64,000 bases of DNA, taken from Azolla caroliniana (lineage: Eukaryota; Plantae; Polypodiophyta). Below, piece after piece: positions 59,064-64,000 of the stretch. Position numbers and translations under genes: made by a program. The first letter of the stretch is position 1, and every line of letters starts with the position of its first letter. A model generated the notes under the pieces. It was given only the letters and a program-made list of their open reading frames with translations. It ran no database searches and was not told the origin of the DNA. The DNA lies in the NCBI GenBank assembly GCA_043228905.1, contig JBHGNT010000008.1, positions 16,182,001 through 16,246,000 on the forward strand, read 5' to 3'.

Positions 59064-62000
59064 ATGAGAAGCGCTCTTCCTACCGAGAAGCTTGACAGAA
59101 CGAACTTTGCATCTTGGGAATACAAGATGCATCAATATCTTGTCGGACAAGGCTACTAGAGCTACATCGAAGGAGCTCACGAATCACACCCCAACCCAAC
59201 ACACGCTGACTATCCCGCTTGGGAGCAGGACACAAGCCGTGTGTTGTATTGCCTTGCATCATGCGTTCATGATCATATGTGTGGCTACATTCGAGAGGCT
59301 AAAGCGCCGAAGCAGGCATGGGAGAACCTCAAGAAGATCTTTGCAGCCAATATAGTCACACAAAAGCTCCAACTTCGATAGGAGCTGAACAATCTTCAAC
59401 AAAGGGACATGTGAATTGGCAACTATACCTTGAAGATCAAGGAGCTATGTGACGCCCTCGGATCGATCAACGTCGTCATTGATGATGAAAAATTGGTGTA
59501 TATATGCCTCGAAGGCTTAGCACCGCGTTTCGGCGCAATTAGATCGGCTATTCTCGCAAGGGAGAACCCTCCCTCCTTCTTCGACCTTCAATCGATATTG
59601 TTGGTCGAAGAGAATCATGCCCAACAGAGGAACAACGCATCAGATGGTCATTTGCTGTACTCCCAGTCGGATAATAGAAGAGATTTCGGCCATGGAAACA
59701 AAGGTTGTTTCGGACAAGGCCATAATGATCGGCGGAATCAAGGGCGTAACTCCCACCAGTGGCAAGCGGACAAGAATGGGCTCAGAGAGTTCGACGGAAG
59801 GGGGGGTCATCACGTCGGACCAAGCAACCGTAGGAACCTAGTTGAGTGCGGGTACTGCAGAAAACCCGGCCACTACGAACAGGAATGTCGGAAGAAGAAG
59901 CGTGAGCAAGGCTGACAACTAACAAATTACGCCATGAACTCCGACTACGGCGACCGCGGCGGAATGTTCATAATGAAGCACGAAGCGCACTCAATGTCTG
60001 CACTTGCGTCAATTACCACCTCCACTCTGAACAAAGTATGGTTTTTCGATTCGGGAGCTTCCAATCACATGACTTCCCATGAAGATTGGTTCTGGGAATT
60101 ACGGAAGCCCGAATGTCCCCGATATGTCGAAACAGGTGATGATATGACTCATCCAATACAACATATCGGGAATGTCCCATTCGGAAACGACGGCGAACAG
60201 ACCTACCTCAAGAACATACTACATGTTCCCACCATCACGAAAAATCTGGTCTCGGTCGGCCAGATTGTCAAACAAGGAATGCAGGTACGCTTCAACAATG
60301 ATGGGCGCTTCATTGATAAAGGCAATCAAATCATAGCTCACGGCAGACGAGAAGGTCGTATGTTCATCCTCGAGTCGAGCGAAGTAAAGTCGGCTATGTA
60401 TGCAAAAGGCCAGAAAGTTGAAACTGACTTAAAGTTGTGGCACAAGAGAATCAGCCACATCAATCTCCAGAAGCTTCAGAACATGCAGACAAAAGGAGTC
60501 GTAGTTGGACTCCCGAACTTTACTGAAAGGAGATCACGGGCGTGTGCGAAGCATGCCAATTCGGAAAGCAACGCCGTCATCCATTCCCAAAAGAGTGGAA
60601 TGTAAGCAAAGGGATCCTGGATGTCATACATTCAGACGTATGGGGACCAGCCCAAACAACTACTTTCGGCGGATGCCGTTACTATGTCACGTTCATCGAT
60701 GACTTCTCCAGAAATACCTGGATTTATCCGATGAAGCAAAAGAGTGAAGTGTTCGGCCACTTCCAGAAGTTCAAAGCCGAAGTGGAAAAAGCCACAGGCC
60801 GGCATGTACGCTGCCTTCGATCAGATGGAGGCAAAGAATATTTTTCGGATGAGTTCTCGGCATATCTCCGCAAGGAAGGAGTCCGATGAGAGTTCTCGTG
60901 TCGACATACACCTCAGCAAAACGGCGTAGCTGAGCGTAAAAACCGCCACATAGTAGAAGTCGCACGAGCCATGATGAACGAGAAGCACCTGCCGAAATCA
61001 TACTGGGCAGAAGCGGCAAATACGGCTGTATACCTCATGAACAGGTGCACAACCTCAGGAGTACATGTCATAACTCCGCATGAGAAGTTTTTCAGGAAGA
61101 AACCGAACTTATCGCATGTCCGCATGTTCGGTTCAATCGCCTACGTACATATTCCCGACGATACACGACAAAAGCTCGATCCAAAGTCGGAGAAATGTAT
61201 CCCCGTAGGATACTCGCTCGAACAAAAGGGGTACAAGTGCTTCAACCCATCTACTCATAAGGTTCGAACAAGTCGAGACGTAGTCTTCGTCGAATACGCA
61301 TCCTGGTACGCACCAGAGAACACTTCGACTCCAACCCCACTCGACGCGGATGACATTGAAATAGAAATAGAAGCTGAGGATCAGCTCACACAGATGTTAG
61401 AAGACAGCCCAATTACGACACGGCTGAGTGGGCCATCAGAGCTGCCGAGCGATGAAAGCACATCTCGGCCGAGTCCGAAGCTGGACAAATGCAAGGAAAA
61501 AATGCAGGAGTATGAAGATCATTTCGATCTCGACAGTGAGTTCGATGACCTTGATATCCACATGGACGGCGTGAAGAATCCCCTAGAATCCGCAAATGAC
61601 AAGCCATGCCGATCCACGCGCGAGAAGAACCCCGTAAACCGCTACGGCTACGACGAATACATGGCGTATCATTATGCATTCATGATGAAGGTAGCGTTAG
61701 TACGGGAACCGGAAACGCTTTCCGAAGCCGCAAAGGATCTGCGATGGGTCAACGCGATGAATGAGGAGATGGAAGCGTTATGCAAAAATGAGACATGGGA
61801 TCTCGTTCCTCTCCCCCCGAACAAGAAACCAATTGGTTGCAGGTGGATTTACAAGGTGAAGCACAATGTTGATGGTTCCGTAAATCGCTTCAAAGCACGG
61901 CTCGTTGCAACGGGCTACGCACAGACACACGATGTAGACTACGAAGAAACCTTTGCCCCAGTGGCAAAGATGACGATAGTACAGACCGTAATCGTGCTAG

Positions 62001-63250
62001 CAACAGCAAAAGGGTGGCACCTCCATCAGATGGACGTGAAAAACGCTTTCCTCCAAGGAGAGCTAGAAGAAGAGGTGTATATGACACAACCACCCGGATT
62101 CGAATCGCGTAATCATCCACACGCCATATGCCGACTCAACAATCCATTGTACGGCCTCAAACAAGCACCGTGTGCTTGGCATTCGAAGATCACGCAGTAT
62201 CTTCATCAAGTCGAATTTCAGATGTCAAAATCCGACACTTTCCTGTACATCCGAAACGAGTCGGATAGCCCGATAATCATCATCTTGTACATGGATGATT
62301 TGGTAATCAAAGGAAAGGATCTCGCTGAGATTAGCAAAGTTAAATCACTTCTTTCCGGTAGACTCGAAATGAAAGACCTGCATGAACTTCCTTACTTCCT
62401 AGGTATTGAAGTAATTCGGACACCAGTCAGGATAATGATCTCACAACGGCACTACATCTTCAACCTCCTGTACAAATTCGGAATGACAGAGTGCAAATCT
62501 GTGCCTAAACCTCTTGATCGCAATATCAAGATTGATGCCAGTTCCGTCACGGTCGAGACTAAACTAACTTAGTATCGCCAACTGATCGGTAGCTTGATCT
62601 ATCTCACCATTATGCAACTCGACCTAAGTTATTCGGTCAGCCTACTCAGCCAATTCATGCAGAATCCGCGTAACCTTCATCTCGATTGTGCTAAGAGGAT
62701 ACTACAGTATGTCAGTACAACAATGGATCACAACATCCTGTATAAGTCGAATACGACCATTCGACTTGAAGGGTACATAGACGCAGACTGGGCAGGATAG
62801 AAAGCGGATAGACGATCCACATCCGGATTCGTCTTCTCCCTCGGCAGCGGAGCGATCTCCTGGAGCAGCAAGAAATAGCTGATAGTCGCACTGTCGAGCA
62901 CTGAAGCCGAATACAGGGGCGCAACAGTCGCCGCATGCGAAGCTGTATGGCTTAGGCGTATACAAAAAGATCTGGGCGTACCCATCAAATATCCAATAAG
63001 CCTATACTGTGACAACATGAGTAGTATCTACCTCGCGCGTAACCCTGTATTTCACGCGCGGACTAAACACATCGAAGTGCACTACCACTTCATCCGCGAG
63101 CACGTCCAGGCCAGAGAAATTAACCTCCAACACATCAGCACGCACCACAAGTCACTGATATCTTTACGAAGGCCTTAGGCATCGACAAGCTCAGGCAATT
63201 TGCATCGGATCTTGGTCTCACATCGTCCACATTGCCGAGCTTGAGGGGGA
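59064..63250 (+). pseudogene. Copia E gag-pol, disrupted
   Basis: [76 protein letters not shown]. Confidence 0.92.
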
Positions 63251-63260
63251 GTATGCAAAG

Positions 63261-63410
63261 GCAACACGGATAGGCTACGCAATACGCAACACGGATAGGA
63301 GATGAAGGAGTACGCAGACGCAACATGGATAGGCTACACAATACGCAACACGGATAGGAGACGAAGGAGTACGCAGATGCAACACGGATAAGCTACGCAA
63401 TACGCAACAC
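63261..63410 (+). repeat. ~2.5 copies of a 59-bp unit (25+34-bp subunits, both starting GCAACACGGATAGG) in the 3' region of E
   Basis: Read directly. Confidence 0.88.
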
Positions 63411-64000
63411 AACCGACGAGACAAGTCGAAGTACAAACCAAACGACTTTCCGAAAGATGGAAGTTGTGTTCGAAGGGGCGTGTTGAGAATCGAACTCAAC
63501 TTCCCATAGATAGGTTTCACACTAGCTCATGGACACTCCAGGCTAGTTTTGAAAATAGTAGAAAGGGCGCTTGCCCTAGCATAGTTGGTATATAAACCAA
63601 CTCATTGTACCTTAGTCACTGTTGGATGTATCTCATTTTGTTAATATCATATATACTTTTGTCTATCTCTGTCTCTTGTGCTCTCTCTCTCTCTCTCTCT
63701 CTACTGTTATACACACACACACATATGGTCACCTTCCGCTGCATTACAACCACTCTTGCCATTCCATTTCTTAACACGATCAACAAAGGAACTTCGGTAT
63801 TCTTTCTTGTTTTTTTATTTATTTTTTCTTCTCCCTTCTAATCATGTATATAGTCATATGTAATTTTTTTATATTAATTCAATGATGTTGTAGTGTTAAT
63901 TAATTGGTTATATAAAACGTTTACATATGTGCACGAGGTCAATACCTCATTTGACATATATTGTGATTAGTGTTGTATGCGTACGAGGTTAATACCTCAA

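Larger units (their letters stand above)
58656..63776 (+). mobile_element. Ty1/Copia element E, full length, decayed (related to A)
   Basis: LTRs 58656-58949 and 63481-63776 (about 9 substitutions plus a microsatellite indel). TSD CAATC/CGATC. PBS 58950-58961. gag-PR-INT-RT-RH with several stops and frameshifts. Confidence 0.95.

Overview
Nuclear DNA of a land plant, most likely a fern (inferred from plastid fragments with unedited ACG start codons and from the retroelement lineages). The only host gene is an intronless phenylalanine ammonia-lyase (PAL, 37214-39553, minus) with a long C-terminal tail. Around it are: a nest of Ty1/Copia elements (362-15174; one intact with near-identical LTRs); an intact Ty3/Gypsy element with apparently identical LTRs, a tRNA-Trp primer site and a 4-bp TSD (24538-31942); a full-length L1-type LINE (47781-54040) and three 5'-truncated L1 copies; a mosaic plastid insertion (NUPT, ~42460-46967); and more decayed LTR elements. 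The most notable signal is a complete -1 ribosomal frameshift cassette (G_GAU_UUU, 5-nt spacer, H-type pseudoknot) between protease and RT of the intact Gypsy element. That element also has a tRNA-like A/B-box cassette in its LTR and strong CAG/CTG avoidance. A second, unrelated Gypsy keeps a G_GGA_AAC frameshift site at gag/protease. All comparisons were made by eye; no database search or folding program was run.
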